Source of the DNA: Patescibacteria group bacterium
GTDB taxonomy: Bacteria > Patescibacteriota > Microgenomatia > UBA1400 > PJMF01
NCBI GenBank assembly: GCA_045541795.1
Contig: JAZQJV010000018.1
Span: 37,857 to 101,856 of the forward strand
Length of the DNA: 64,000 nucleotides
Reading direction: 5' to 3'
The position numbers were made by a program, and so were the translations under genes. Shown here one piece after another: positions 28,601-36,951 of this stretch. Every line of letters begins with the position of its first letter. Positions within the stretch are counted from its first letter, which is position 1. The notes under the pieces are model-generated. The model was given only the letters and a program-made list of their open reading frames with translations, was not told the origin of the DNA and ran no database searches.

Positions 28601-30402
28601 AAGCCATAATCACTCCCACTATTGTCGTCACAATAAAACCAATCATAAGCAGCTTGAAAGTGTCCGTTCTCATCATAAACTTTGTAAATCACGCTACGAT
28701 TATCACAAGTACTGGGGCGATAACCAAAACTAAAATTCCCGTCAGCATCAGTACGGCTTTCGAGTGTAGTCAATTCCAAAAACTGCTCATAATGATCTGG
28801 GTCGCGCAAAATAATGGTGGCCGTCATCCGTCTGTTGGCAGCACTGACTTCATCACGGATACTGTTGATCTTTCCCGTCATTTCCATGCCGCTGCCCACT
28901 TGGAAGCTTTTGTTGGTGTCGCTTGTTTTAATTTCAAAAGGCGTGTAATTTATTTTTACCACTTTGAAGTCTTCGGCAGGCTCACTCAGGCCGTCACTAT
29001 AGCGGACAAATAAGGTGTAATAAAGCTGCGTTGTTCCTGACTCTTCACGTTTGTCCTCTTGCTTAGGCAGTCCAGTTTTAATTTCCCAGTCGAGCTCACC
29101 ATTTTCGCCCAGTGTCAGCGCGTGCCACTGGCAATCTTCGTTGTCATCATTGCCGCCCCAGGTATATCCTTGTTTGAAACAATAACTCACGCTTGAGCCA
29201 TTCATATCATGACCGGCAAAACTTGTCCCGCGCACGTGGGCGCTCACATTTTCTCCGGTCACTAGTGTATCTTCGTCTACATCCAAAATCAACTCATATT
29301 CCGGTTTGACGTACTCTCTCACTTCAAACCAAGTACTATTGCTGTACCGGTGCTCGCCACCCACAGACAAATAATAATCCGTCAGATCTGCATTCTCTCC
29401 GATCTTCCAGCTGCCATCAATGCCGCCGTATTCATCCGGGGTGTAAGTTTGTGCCCAATCAGTCACTTCACCATTTTTGCCAGAGTGAGTAATTTTCACG
29501 CTCACAGGTTCACGAGGCACACTGTAACGCGCGTCATCTTCTCGGCGCAGGAAAGCTTTAAAATATACCGTATCGCCGCGCTGGTAAAGCGGTTTATCGG
29601 TAAAAACATAATTATTTGCATCAGCGTGGTAAATCGAGTAGCTACCACCCGCAGTCCATAAACTACCAAGTTCCACGTCCTGGATCGCTAAAGGGATAAA
29701 ATCCCAACCGTTTGCCGTCACCACTACTAAAGCATCAGCATTTTCGGAGTAAGGGACAGTTGCGATCCCGTTGCTCGGGAAAGAAATTTCGTCGAGCGCG
29801 TGTACGCCGTCTTGTAAATTATACACGAACACTTGTCCGCTGATATTACCCGAGCCGCTAGCCAAATCCTGCGACCATAATGTAAGGTTTTCGTCACCAT
29901 TTTTGGCCATGGTAGCAAAACTTGAGCGCGTCACTAAAGCAAATTGCTCCTGGTCAGCGTCTACTGCCCGTATCCACCAAGCACCCGTGGCGGCTGGTAC
30001 GTCTAATTCATAATTACGGCCAGCCAACTGGTCCAAAGTCACACTGGTCACAGGCAATGCCAAGTCAAAATCAAAGTTTGACCACTGCAACTGACGGCGT
30101 TTGAAATAACTTTGCACTTCCTCATCTGGACTACTATATATCAAAGCATCAAGCAAGCCGTCCAAATCCAAAGGATAAAGACTGATCACTGCTTTAGGAT
30201 CGCTAAAATCTTGCGGATTTAGCTTGATTTTGTCATCAAGTCCCAGTGGTACAAATACAGAACGTGCCCCATAGTCTTCGGTAAAATTAAAACGTATCCG
30301 GCGCTGTTGCTGGTAAGCGGCACCAATTTCCTTGCCCTCGCCAAAAAACAATAAACTCAAACTCACCAGTATAGTCAACAAAAAACGTCCACACCATTTC
30401 AT
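25636..30402 (-). CDS. Bacterial alpha-2-macroglobulin with a C-terminal membrane anchor
   Basis: TDKPLYQRGD, FEVREYVKP, TDKEIYNPGD, FKDTAYWNP, MPDNLTTW, thioester motif YPRGCVEQ; signal peptide from ATG 30402; TM helix plus RKNRR near the C-terminus. Confidence 0.92.
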   Translation of the reverse strand: MKWCGRFLLTILVSLSLLFFGEGKEIGAAYQQQRRIRFNFTEDYGARSVFVPLGLDDKIKLNPQDFSDPKAVISLYPLDLDGLLDALIYSSPDEEVQSYFKRRQLQWSNFDFDLALPVTSVTLDQLAGRNYELDVPAATGAWWIRAVDADQEQFALVTRSSFATMAKNGDENLTLWSQDLASGSGNISGQVFVYNLQDGVHALDEISFPSNGIATVPYSENADALVVVTANGWDFIPLAIQDVELGSLWTAGGSYSIYHADANNYVFTDKPLYQRGDTVYFKAFLRREDDARYSVPREPVSVKITHSGKNGEVTDWAQTYTPDEYGGIDGSWKIGENADLTDYYLSVGGEHRYSNSTWFEVREYVKPEYELILDVDEDTLVTGENVSAHVRGTSFAGHDMNGSSVSYCFKQGYTWGGNDDNEDCQWHALTLGENGELDWEIKTGLPKQEDKREESGTTQLYYTLFVRYSDGLSEPAEDFKVVKINYTPFEIKTSDTNKSFQVGSGMEMTGKINSIRDEVSAANRRMTATIILRDPDHYEQFLELTTLESRTDADGNFSFGYRPSTCDNRSVIYKVYDENGHFQAAYDWFYCDDNSGSDYGLDGSSNGVSSDPDSALKIVIDKDKKHVPSEKINVSYEVGKNLVGRQYFADFGRQRLDRYSIGTFHQSPDQVAYEAVDTDQPNTFHDVSLFDRNNYISSTSGVDMARDLKKINVEITTDKEIYNPGDSVKVKIKTTNAYTGKPLSASVTLWTIDKALLELAASHRGDIFSRYWSERHHWIRTYHSLQSIMLFGAEGGGGDGSELRDVFKDTAYWNPKIITDSNGEASTEFVMPDNLTTWALTGVAVTPETVVGESKQEVVTQKDVVSRVIAPERMRVGDILHLGFSVTNYTGVTQSFVPVWEAGEGLQTLETFPSSLTLTAGETKNVTVPVKAISEMPATKITTGVRNVSSGGSGDVLVKTLQILPFGYSQKTSQFSLHAGEFDLGVAPDSERERSSVSISVAADLLSSLRSAMKDLLEYPRGCVEQVTSRLVPALAAHDSDYFSSEDFDGVDLDQLIETGVKNLTSLQQSSGGWGFWNKTRGDASAFRTTYVVKHLPQAQTPVQARAAQFLADTLQGKYLAAGERLNSADLISSVYGLLLLGERSQTVTMEGKSVSSFDAALQYYDQMNAAATTDVDLLSWMVQANLLAGDREAASHNVTRLLRAMENDNIDLTSSEAQRYRSVPADLALTIQAVLAYHQEYGGYQQQLEKLVTQLLGYRREAGWANTYESATAIEALMAWYEYAAPQDVGGSYVILAGEQTIGMADFNSGIDREKHFTVNLADLPGDVNTITVRRTDDGADAPIYVTVSVDQWRTSTNSPRENKKLNIYKAYVRAEKTGEDIKAGDIVTVYLGIENKGQTQYFVNIDDYLPSNLRPLLRENNVWANRTFNFTGFNGTLYEVKRGMTIVSYQAVLTNLAQTVSAPPTRVGSMYDADFVAQTAMTDKIQILDKQPAWISKADETYADEQETLISKPEGSTNAWILLALATVAIIAGIVTIIRKNRRPPTPPPVITPEVMTRQEEVVETAQKVAADGDEVSGGETQPVIR

Positions 30403-30466
30403 ATCTACTATCATAACACGCACCCTCATACTTGTCAAATCTGTGCACATGTAGTAAAATGAATTT

Positions 30467-31150
30467 ATGCCATTTGCAAGCACCAAACAATCAGCTGCGC
30501 CAGACCCTAATTCATCGGCCGACATCGCCGAAAATAGTGTCACTTGGGAAGAAGATGTGAACGTCGATCCTGACGAAGTTATTTTGGCGGCGATCATGGA
30601 AAACCTCGAGTCGGATATATGCGCTCGCTTGCAGGAGGATTTTGGCGACGAACTAGCGGCCACTTTTGAACAGGCACTTGCTGGCAACGGACAATTTGTA
30701 CGCATGTTGCTGCAGTCAGGCGTCCCGGTGGTGACGATGTTTGAGTGTCTGCGCGGGCGCCAGACGGCCATTAAAGATCAAGCGACTCTTGATGCTCTTT
30801 TGGATCACGGCTTGAGTTTGGAGCTTTTGCTGGGTGAGGCAGTGCCGTTTTATTTGCTAGTCTCTAGTGCCAATCGTGATGAGAGACTTTTTGACGCCTT
30901 GCTTGCCCACAAAAACATTAATCTGGACGATTTACTCCTGGCCAAAGCCGATCCGACCAAACTTGCCCGTCATCTTGATCGCTTTTCGCCAGTCAACGTG
31001 AGACTGCTACTACAATACGGCATCCCGCTACCCACGCTGGAAGCATACATTGATCAGTGTGACGCTGTCAATGAGCAACGCGGCTATGCGCCGCACTATT
31101 TCCGCCGGCGGGTGCAGGATATTTTGGATAGCGCGCACACAGGCGTGTGA
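30467..31150 (+). CDS. Hypothetical helical protein
   Basis: 227-aa ORF with TTGTCA-17 bp-TAAAAT ending 6 nt before the ATG. Confidence 0.65.
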   Translation: MPFASTKQSAAPDPNSSADIAENSVTWEEDVNVDPDEVILAAIMENLESDICARLQEDFGDELAATFEQALAGNGQFVRMLLQSGVPVVTMFECLRGRQTAIKDQATLDALLDHGLSLELLLGEAVPFYLLVSSANRDERLFDALLAHKNINLDDLLLAKADPTKLARHLDRFSPVNVRLLLQYGIPLPTLEAYIDQCDAVNEQRGYAPHYFRRRVQDILDSAHTGV

Positions 31151-31187
31151 CTAATTTCAGCTAAAGCATCACTGTCATTTAAGGTCC

Positions 31188-31225
31188 ATTCCCAAAAACT
31201 GGCCAAATGACCACTTTTTGGGAAT
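31188..31225. terminator. Hairpin, possible terminator
   Basis: ATTCCCAAAAA..TTTTTGGGAAT inverted repeat downstream of the 30467-31150 gene. Confidence 0.4.
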
Positions 31226-31435
31226 TGCATCCAAATAGTAATTGATAGGGAAGCGGGCTATTTGTCGTCATTCTTACTTTATACCCGATCACTAATTAGC
31301 GTCTGCATGTCCCGCCCGCCGTAGATGATCATTGCTATATCATTTTCCCGCCTTCTTGTCAAAACTTTTACTGTTTTCACTCATATCATCAAATTCCCAT
31401 GCATAGCGCTCATTTTTGTGGTATAATAAGAATAT

Positions 31436-32563
31436 ATGCGAAAACTTCGTGTTTTTAGCCAGGCTGTGTGTGTGTGTGTGGCTCTCGCCACTCTTTGTGC
31501 TAAGTCGGTAAGTGCAAATTATTGCTTGTGTCAGTATCCCGCCAGCGGGACACCGACAGAACTAGACTGCAAAGATGTAGGAAGCACGACCTCATGTAGT
31601 GATCAGTGTAGCTATTGGTCAGTTTACACATGGGGAACACATAGCGGACCATATAATACTTCAACCGAATGTGCAGCAAAGAAGCTTGAAGCTCAAAGGA
31701 AAACTGGTGCTGATACGGGCAATCAAACATGCCTGATTGTGGTTCAAGACAACACTACTAAGGGAGTTAGACATACGTGTGAAAAACTAGGCGGCGCCAG
31801 TTCTTGCAATGATGTAGCAGCGGCGGCAACACTTAATAGCAACGAAAGTATTAGGCAGAAGACGCTGTTTGATGATCCCTCAGCCTGTGAAAATGCATTT
31901 AGTACTCTTACAACACAAGTAGCCTGCAAGAAAACTAAAAACAGCGAGTGTATAGATATTACCGTCTACACTGATAGTTGGGATACAATAGGGTATTTTG
32001 CTTGTTTTAATGGCGAAAACCGTATGTCGTATTGTCAGGGTCCACAGTGCTGTATCTATCAAAACGATAGTGGACGCCAAACATGTCAATGCGGTACTGA
32101 TAATCTTACTGACAGCGGAAGTTGCAAGAGCACCCACGGTAGTGCTGGTTCATTGGTAAGTGGTCCGTATCACCGTACCGCTTGCGCAGATAAGCTAGAC
32201 TCCGAGCCCCTCACCGTCGACCTCCTCCCCAAATACGAAAAACTCTCCCAGACCTCACTTGACGAAATCAACCCTCTTACCCAAAGCAAAGTCCTCAGCG
32301 AAGCCAACACTCGTACTCCCGGCGCTCTCGTCTCTCGCCTTGTCCGCAATATTGTCTTCCCGATTGCTGGCTTACTTCTCTTTCTCATGATTACCTGGTC
32401 TGGCTTTCAAATCGTCCAAGGCGGAATGATGGGTGATGATAATGCTGTCAGCTCAGGTAAAGGACGTCTTACCGCCACTATTGTCGGCTTCCTACTGCTT
32501 TTTGGCAGTTACTGGCTCTGGTCGCTGGTAGAAGCGGCGCTGGGACTGGGGACAACGAGCTAG
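31436..32563 (+). CDS. Cys-rich secreted domain fused to a VirB2/TrbC-like CPR pilin (copy 1)
   Basis: Signal peptide, more than 20 Cys, and a C-terminal two-TM pilin motif (IAGLLLFLMITWSGFQIV..GKGRLTATIVGFLLLFGSYW). Confidence 0.8.
   Translation: MRKLRVFSQAVCVCVALATLCAKSVSANYCLCQYPASGTPTELDCKDVGSTTSCSDQCSYWSVYTWGTHSGPYNTSTECAAKKLEAQRKTGADTGNQTCLIVVQDNTTKGVRHTCEKLGGASSCNDVAAAATLNSNESIRQKTLFDDPSACENAFSTLTTQVACKKTKNSECIDITVYTDSWDTIGYFACFNGENRMSYCQGPQCCIYQNDSGRQTCQCGTDNLTDSGSCKSTHGSAGSLVSGPYHRTACADKLDSEPLTVDLLPKYEKLSQTSLDEINPLTQSKVLSEANTRTPGALVSRLVRNIVFPIAGLLLFLMITWSGFQIVQGGMMGDDNAVSSGKGRLTATIVGFLLLFGSYWLWSLVEAALGLGTTS
31465..31480 (+). repeat. (TG)8 simple sequence repeat in the signal-peptide coding region
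   Basis: TGTGTGTGTGTGTGTG, encoding VCVCV. Confidence 0.9.
32210..32563 (+). repeat. 354-bp direct repeat, copy 1 (constant pilin region)
   Basis: 14 differences from 33744-34097 by manual count, all synonymous. Confidence 0.95.
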
Positions 32564-32684
32564 ACAAACCCAGAAATTGATAAATTAAGAAATAGAAAGG
32601 TAGAAAAAATATAAATAAAGTGGAGGTGAGAGCGTGTTTTAATTTCCCCTATTTACGGGAAGATTTTGTGGTATAATAAAAGGT

Positions 32685-34097
32685 ATGACGAAGAAAATTG
32701 GCTTCATTGTTATACTTGCAGCAACAAACATAATATTAGTTACTAATGCGGTTTTTGCGGACGAGAGTTGGTGCTTATTTGTTCCTACGCCAGGAACTGA
32801 TTCTGCTGGTAAGACGTATGCGGGAAGGTTTGATTGTTCACCACCAGATGTTTCCGGCGCCTGTAATCCAGCACTCGCAGGATATGGTAGCTGGGAAGCC
32901 GCTGGTTCGGGATACAAAAGCTTTGATGAATGTGCGAATGCTTATGACAATCTAAGCGGTTACTGCTATACAAGTGGTAGTGACGAATGTGCTAGTGCTA
33001 AGCGCAACACTTGCAGTTCCTTTTTTTATAAAGACGCAAATACGTGTGGGAATGAACATCTAGATTTCAACGCTTACTGCTATGACCCGGCTACAAACAA
33101 ATGCAATAAAATAAGTGGAGGGGTATCCAAAAGCTCTACTAGCAGTAAATGTGTCGGCGAATACACATATAAGGGGGGCACGGCAGAGTCTAATAAGAAA
33201 TCTTGCGAGGACTATGCTGCAACAATGGACGAACAGAAAAAAGCGGGTGATAAATTTTGTCTCTGGTACACTCATGGAGAGAATAATAATGAAAAGGCGG
33301 GAGATACGGATTTTAGGTCATTCAGATGTGAACCGATACTAATTGAGACCGAAACAACATGTGATGATCGTTTCCCACCAACTAATAGTGAAAAATGGAT
33401 ACTCTATCGCAAACAACCATATTCTACTCAAGAAGAATGTAAAAACGCTCTGTACCAAGAAAAAGTCTGGTGTTTCCATCCAAACGACGGCCGCTGCCAT
33501 AATGAAACATACGTCCAGTGTAGGGAACAAAACGGACAACAGTATAAGGATAAGACAACGTGTGAAGATAAACACCAAAAATGCTGTAAATATGAAGATA
33601 AGAATGGACACTCAACTTGCCAGTGTGGCTCTGATAATTTGGACGCAAAGGGGCAATGCTTAGCTTCATCTGATAAATACGGTTCTTTAAAGGGTAGCTA
33701 TGACGGTAGAACTGCTTGTTCTGATTCACTCGACTCTGAACCTCTCACCGTCGACCTCCTCCCCAAATACGAAAAACTCTCCCAAACCTCACTTGACGAA
33801 ATCAACCCTCTTACCCAAAGCAAAGTCCTCAGCGAAGCCAACACTCGCACTCCCGGCGCTCTCGTCTCTCGCCTTGTCCGCAATATTGTCTTCCCGATTG
33901 CCGGTCTTTTACTCTTTCTCATGATTACCTGGTCTGGCTTTCAAATCGTCCAAGGCGGAATGATGGGTGATGATAATGCTGTCAGCTCAGGTAAAGGACG
34001 TCTTACCGCCACCATCGTCGGCTTCCTACTGCTTTTTGGCAGTTACTGGCTCTGGTCGCTGGTAGAAGCGGCACTAGGACTGGGGACGACGAGCTAA
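32685..34097 (+). CDS. Cys-rich secreted domain fused to a VirB2/TrbC-like CPR pilin (copy 2)
   Basis: Signal peptide (VFA-DE), about 30 Cys; the last 122 aa are identical to copy 1. Confidence 0.8.
   Translation: MTKKIGFIVILAATNIILVTNAVFADESWCLFVPTPGTDSAGKTYAGRFDCSPPDVSGACNPALAGYGSWEAAGSGYKSFDECANAYDNLSGYCYTSGSDECASAKRNTCSSFFYKDANTCGNEHLDFNAYCYDPATNKCNKISGGVSKSSTSSKCVGEYTYKGGTAESNKKSCEDYAATMDEQKKAGDKFCLWYTHGENNNEKAGDTDFRSFRCEPILIETETTCDDRFPPTNSEKWILYRKQPYSTQEECKNALYQEKVWCFHPNDGRCHNETYVQCREQNGQQYKDKTTCEDKHQKCCKYEDKNGHSTCQCGSDNLDAKGQCLASSDKYGSLKGSYDGRTACSDSLDSEPLTVDLLPKYEKLSQTSLDEINPLTQSKVLSEANTRTPGALVSRLVRNIVFPIAGLLLFLMITWSGFQIVQGGMMGDDNAVSSGKGRLTATIVGFLLLFGSYWLWSLVEAALGLGTTS
33744..34097 (+). 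repeat. 354-bp direct repeat, copy 2
   Basis: Offset 1534 bp from copy 1. Confidence 0.95.
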
Positions 34098-34141
34098 TTT
34101 CCGTTGGACGCACGCCGGATTGTGGTGTATAATAAGCGCTA

Positions 34142-35203
34142 ATGTCAGAAAAAATTAACCAGTACGTACTGCAGGAAATTAATGAACTCAAAAGCCGTAT
34201 CCAAGAGGCCAAATTGCCGGAAGCTGTCCAAAAAAAAGCCGAACGTGACATCATTAGTCTGGAACGCTCGATTGACTTCGGCAATTACGACGAAAAATAC
34301 GAAATGGTGACGCACTACATCGACTGGCTGGTGCGCATCCCCTGGAATAAATTCACCAAAGACCGTCTCGACATCAATGAGACCCGCCGTATTTTTGACT
34401 CACACCACTACGGTATGATGGAAGTAAAAAACCGCTTCCTTGAATACGTCTCCATCCTCAAGCTCCAAAACCAAAATAACCAAACTCAAGCCTACCGCGC
34501 GCCGATTTTACTACTCGTTGGGCTGGTGGGTACTGGTAAGACTACTTTTGCTTATTCATTGGCTGAAGCCCTTGGTCGTTACATTGTCCGCATTCCTTTT
34601 GGTGGTATGGGTTCGGCCAGAGAACTGCGCGGCTGGTCGCGGCTACATCTGGAGGCCGAACCAGGCAAGATTATCAAAGGACTTTGCGAGGCAGGTGTCC
34701 GCAATCCGATTTTCCTGCTTGATGAAATTGACCGGGTGGCGGAAAGCGCGCTTATGGACATTATGGGCGTACTGGTGGAGTTGCTTGATCCGGCGCAAAA
34801 CCAAGCGTTTACTGATACTTATATCGACTACCCGGTAGATCTTTCTCAGGCGATCTTTTTGGCCACTGCCAACAATACCACCAAAATTGCCACTGCCGTC
34901 ATGGATCGTATGGAAAAAATTTCTATGCCTTCTTACACTGATTACGAAAAAGAAATGATCGCCAAAAATTACATCTTGCCGCGGCTCTACTCCAATGCTG
35001 GTATCCGTCCCGAGCAAATCCATATCGATGACTCACTCTGGAGTAAAATCATCCGTCCACTCGGCTATGATATGGGCATCCGCACACTCGAGCGGACTCT
35101 AGAAAACATGGTTCGCAAAGCCGTACGCATTATGGTGGAACAAGGCTATCAGGAAATCTGGGTGACGCCAGAAAATTCCAAGATCTTCTTGCCCCAATAC
35201 TAA
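34142..35203 (+). CDS. Lon-type AAA+ ATPase lacking the N-terminal and protease domains
   Basis: YIDWLVRIPW, HYGMMEVKNR, GLVGTGKTT, LLDEID, ELLDPAQN, DLSQAIFLATAN and DRME motifs; the protein ends at 353 aa. Confidence 0.85.
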   Translation: MSEKINQYVLQEINELKSRIQEAKLPEAVQKKAERDIISLERSIDFGNYDEKYEMVTHYIDWLVRIPWNKFTKDRLDINETRRIFDSHHYGMMEVKNRFLEYVSILKLQNQNNQTQAYRAPILLLVGLVGTGKTTFAYSLAEALGRYIVRIPFGGMGSARELRGWSRLHLEAEPGKIIKGLCEAGVRNPIFLLDEIDRVAESALMDIMGVLVELLDPAQNQAFTDTYIDYPVDLSQAIFLATANNTTKIATAVMDRMEKISMPSYTDYEKEMIAKNYILPRLYSNAGIRPEQIHIDDSLWSKIIRPLGYDMGIRTLERTLENMVRKAVRIMVEQGYQEIWVTPENSKIFLPQY

Positions 35204-35244
35204 TCTGTGCTCACTGCCTGTCTTTTTGATGGTATAATCAGCCT

Positions 35245-36912
35245 ATGGCAAAGTACACGTGGCAGTTTTTACATGAAGATCAGGCAGATACTATCCAAGA
35301 ATTTACGGCGGCCATCATAAATAATCGCCATTGGGACCAAGAAACCCTTCAGGCGGAGTTTGCTTGGGAGCGTCTCACGCCTAAGGCTCTCAATATTGAT
35401 AAAGGGCAGCTGGAGGCAGCTATCGCCCGTCTGCAGGAGGCGGCCAGCAAAAAACAAAAAGTGGTCATTTTTGGTGACTATGATGTCGACGGTAATTGCG
35501 CCACGGCCATCATGTGGCAAAATTTGCGTGAAATTGGTATTGACGCGGCTCCTTTCATCCCACACCGTATCCGTCATGGTTATGGCATGTCTGTAGGCGC
35601 CTTAGAAGAAATCTTCGCCGCCGGCAAGCCAGATTTGATTATCACTGTGGATAATGGCATCACTGCCCGCGCCGCGCTCGATTTTTGCCGGCAGGAAGGC
35701 GTAGACGTCATCGTCACTGATCATCACCAACCAGACCAAGCCGGACCGCTGCCGGTGGTCGCCCTCGTGCACACTATCAGTCTTTGCGGTGCAGGCGTGG
35801 CCTGGTATCTCGGCTGGCAGCTGCACACTGCTTCTCTCGGGGTCAAGCCCGCTCAGAGCAAAGCCTTACCAATGCTTGATTTAGTGGCGCTAGCCACTAT
35901 TGTGGATCAAGTGCCTTTGGTAGGTCTGTGTCGTGCTCTCGTCAAGAAAGGCATTGCTTGTCTGCGTGAGAGCCAGCGCGTCGGTATCATCGCTCTTTGT
36001 GAGCAAGCACGTATCAAACAATCAGCACTGCGCGTGCGCGATATTGGTTTTAGCTTGGGGCCGCGGATAAATGCTATCGGCCGATTGACCAACACTCTGG
36101 AAGCACTCCGTCTTCTTTGCACGTCCAAAAAAACTTATGCTGCTAAACTTGCCCAAAGTCTGGGTGACGTCAACACTTCTCGTCAAGAGCTTACGAGCCA
36201 GATGCTGGAGACGGCTTGCGGCCAGCTGGGGCAAAAGTGCCAGGATAATATTATCATCACCGGCAGCAGTGAGTTTCACGAAGGTATCATTGGTCTGATC
36301 GCTAGTAAATTGGTAGATAAATATGCCCGGCCGGCTATCGTTTTTGCCATCCATGACGGGATCGCCAAAGGCTCAGCGCGTTCGATTGAGGGCTTTGATA
36401 TTATTGCTTTTATCCGCCGCTTCCGCGATCAGCTGCTAGAAGCTGGCGGTCACACTATGGCGGCTGGTTTAAGTATCGCCGCCGATCGCTTCGAAGAAGT
36501 CACTGCCAACATGCGTCAGACTGCCAACCAAGTCATCACCAAGCAACAATTAACCCCAACACTCAAAATTGAAACCCGCGTCAAAATAGAAGCTCTCTTT
36601 CATCCTTTTTTGCCGGCTCTATTGGAAGAATTAGAACCTTTTGGTGCCGGCAATCCGGAGCTGACGATAGCTATAGATGCTCAGGTCCACCGCGTCAGCA
36701 CCATTGGCAAAGACAAAAATCATCTCCGCTTAGATTTCGTCACGAGTAAAGGTCAATATTTCAACGCCTTGCTCTGGAATTATGTAGACTCCGGCCTGAC
36801 GCCACCTTCAAGCGGCGACCGGCTCCAAGTAGCCGGACAGCTGAGTCTCAATGACTACAACGGCCGCGTCAGCCCTCAGCTAATTATCCAAGATTGGCGA
36901 GAGATGGCATAA
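35245..36912 (+). CDS. recJ: Single-stranded DNA exonuclease RecJ
   Basis: GDYDVDG, TVDNG, TDHH, GPRINAIGR, GSARS, GGH and LEPFGAGNP motifs. Confidence 0.95.
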   Translation: MAKYTWQFLHEDQADTIQEFTAAIINNRHWDQETLQAEFAWERLTPKALNIDKGQLEAAIARLQEAASKKQKVVIFGDYDVDGNCATAIMWQNLREIGIDAAPFIPHRIRHGYGMSVGALEEIFAAGKPDLIITVDNGITARAALDFCRQEGVDVIVTDHHQPDQAGPLPVVALVHTISLCGAGVAWYLGWQLHTASLGVKPAQSKALPMLDLVALATIVDQVPLVGLCRALVKKGIACLRESQRVGIIALCEQARIKQSALRVRDIGFSLGPRINAIGRLTNTLEALRLLCTSKKTYAAKLAQSLGDVNTSRQELTSQMLETACGQLGQKCQDNIIITGSSEFHEGIIGLIASKLVDKYARPAIVFAIHDGIAKGSARSIEGFDIIAFIRRFRDQLLEAGGHTMAAGLSIAADRFEEVTANMRQTANQVITKQQLTPTLKIETRVKIEALFHPFLPALLEELEPFGAGNPELTIAIDAQVHRVSTIGKDKNHLRLDFVTSKGQYFNALLWNYVDSGLTPPSSGDRLQVAGQLSLNDYNGRVSPQLIIQDWREMA

Positions 36913-36916
36913 ATCT

Positions 36917-36945
36917 TTGACGCCGGGCGCATTTCATGTTACAAT
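36917..36945 (+). promoter_or_regulatory. Sigma70 promoter, leaderless type
   Basis: TTGACG-17 bp-TACAAT with TGn; ATG 6 nt later. Confidence 0.7.
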
Positions 36946-36951
36946 GAAAAT

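Noticed and set aside
30403-30771. N-terminal extension of the alpha-2-macroglobulin ORF (1711 aa in the track)
   Set aside because: It overlaps the opposite-strand gene at 30467; the signal peptide and a -10 box support ATG 30402.
31260-31362. Minus-strand promoter and small ORF upstream of pilin 1
   Set aside because: The -10 is weak (TATAGC) and the ORF is only 17 codons; insufficient support.
4073-32606. Shared AAAGGTAGAAA downstream of the Gly-rich gene (4073) and pilin 1 (32596)
   Set aside because: Only 11 bp in low-complexity purine tracts and in opposite orientation relative to the genes; could be chance.
32210-34097. DGR template/variable repeat pair
   Set aside because: The differences are synonymous and not adenine-specific, both copies are coding, and no reverse transcriptase is in the window.
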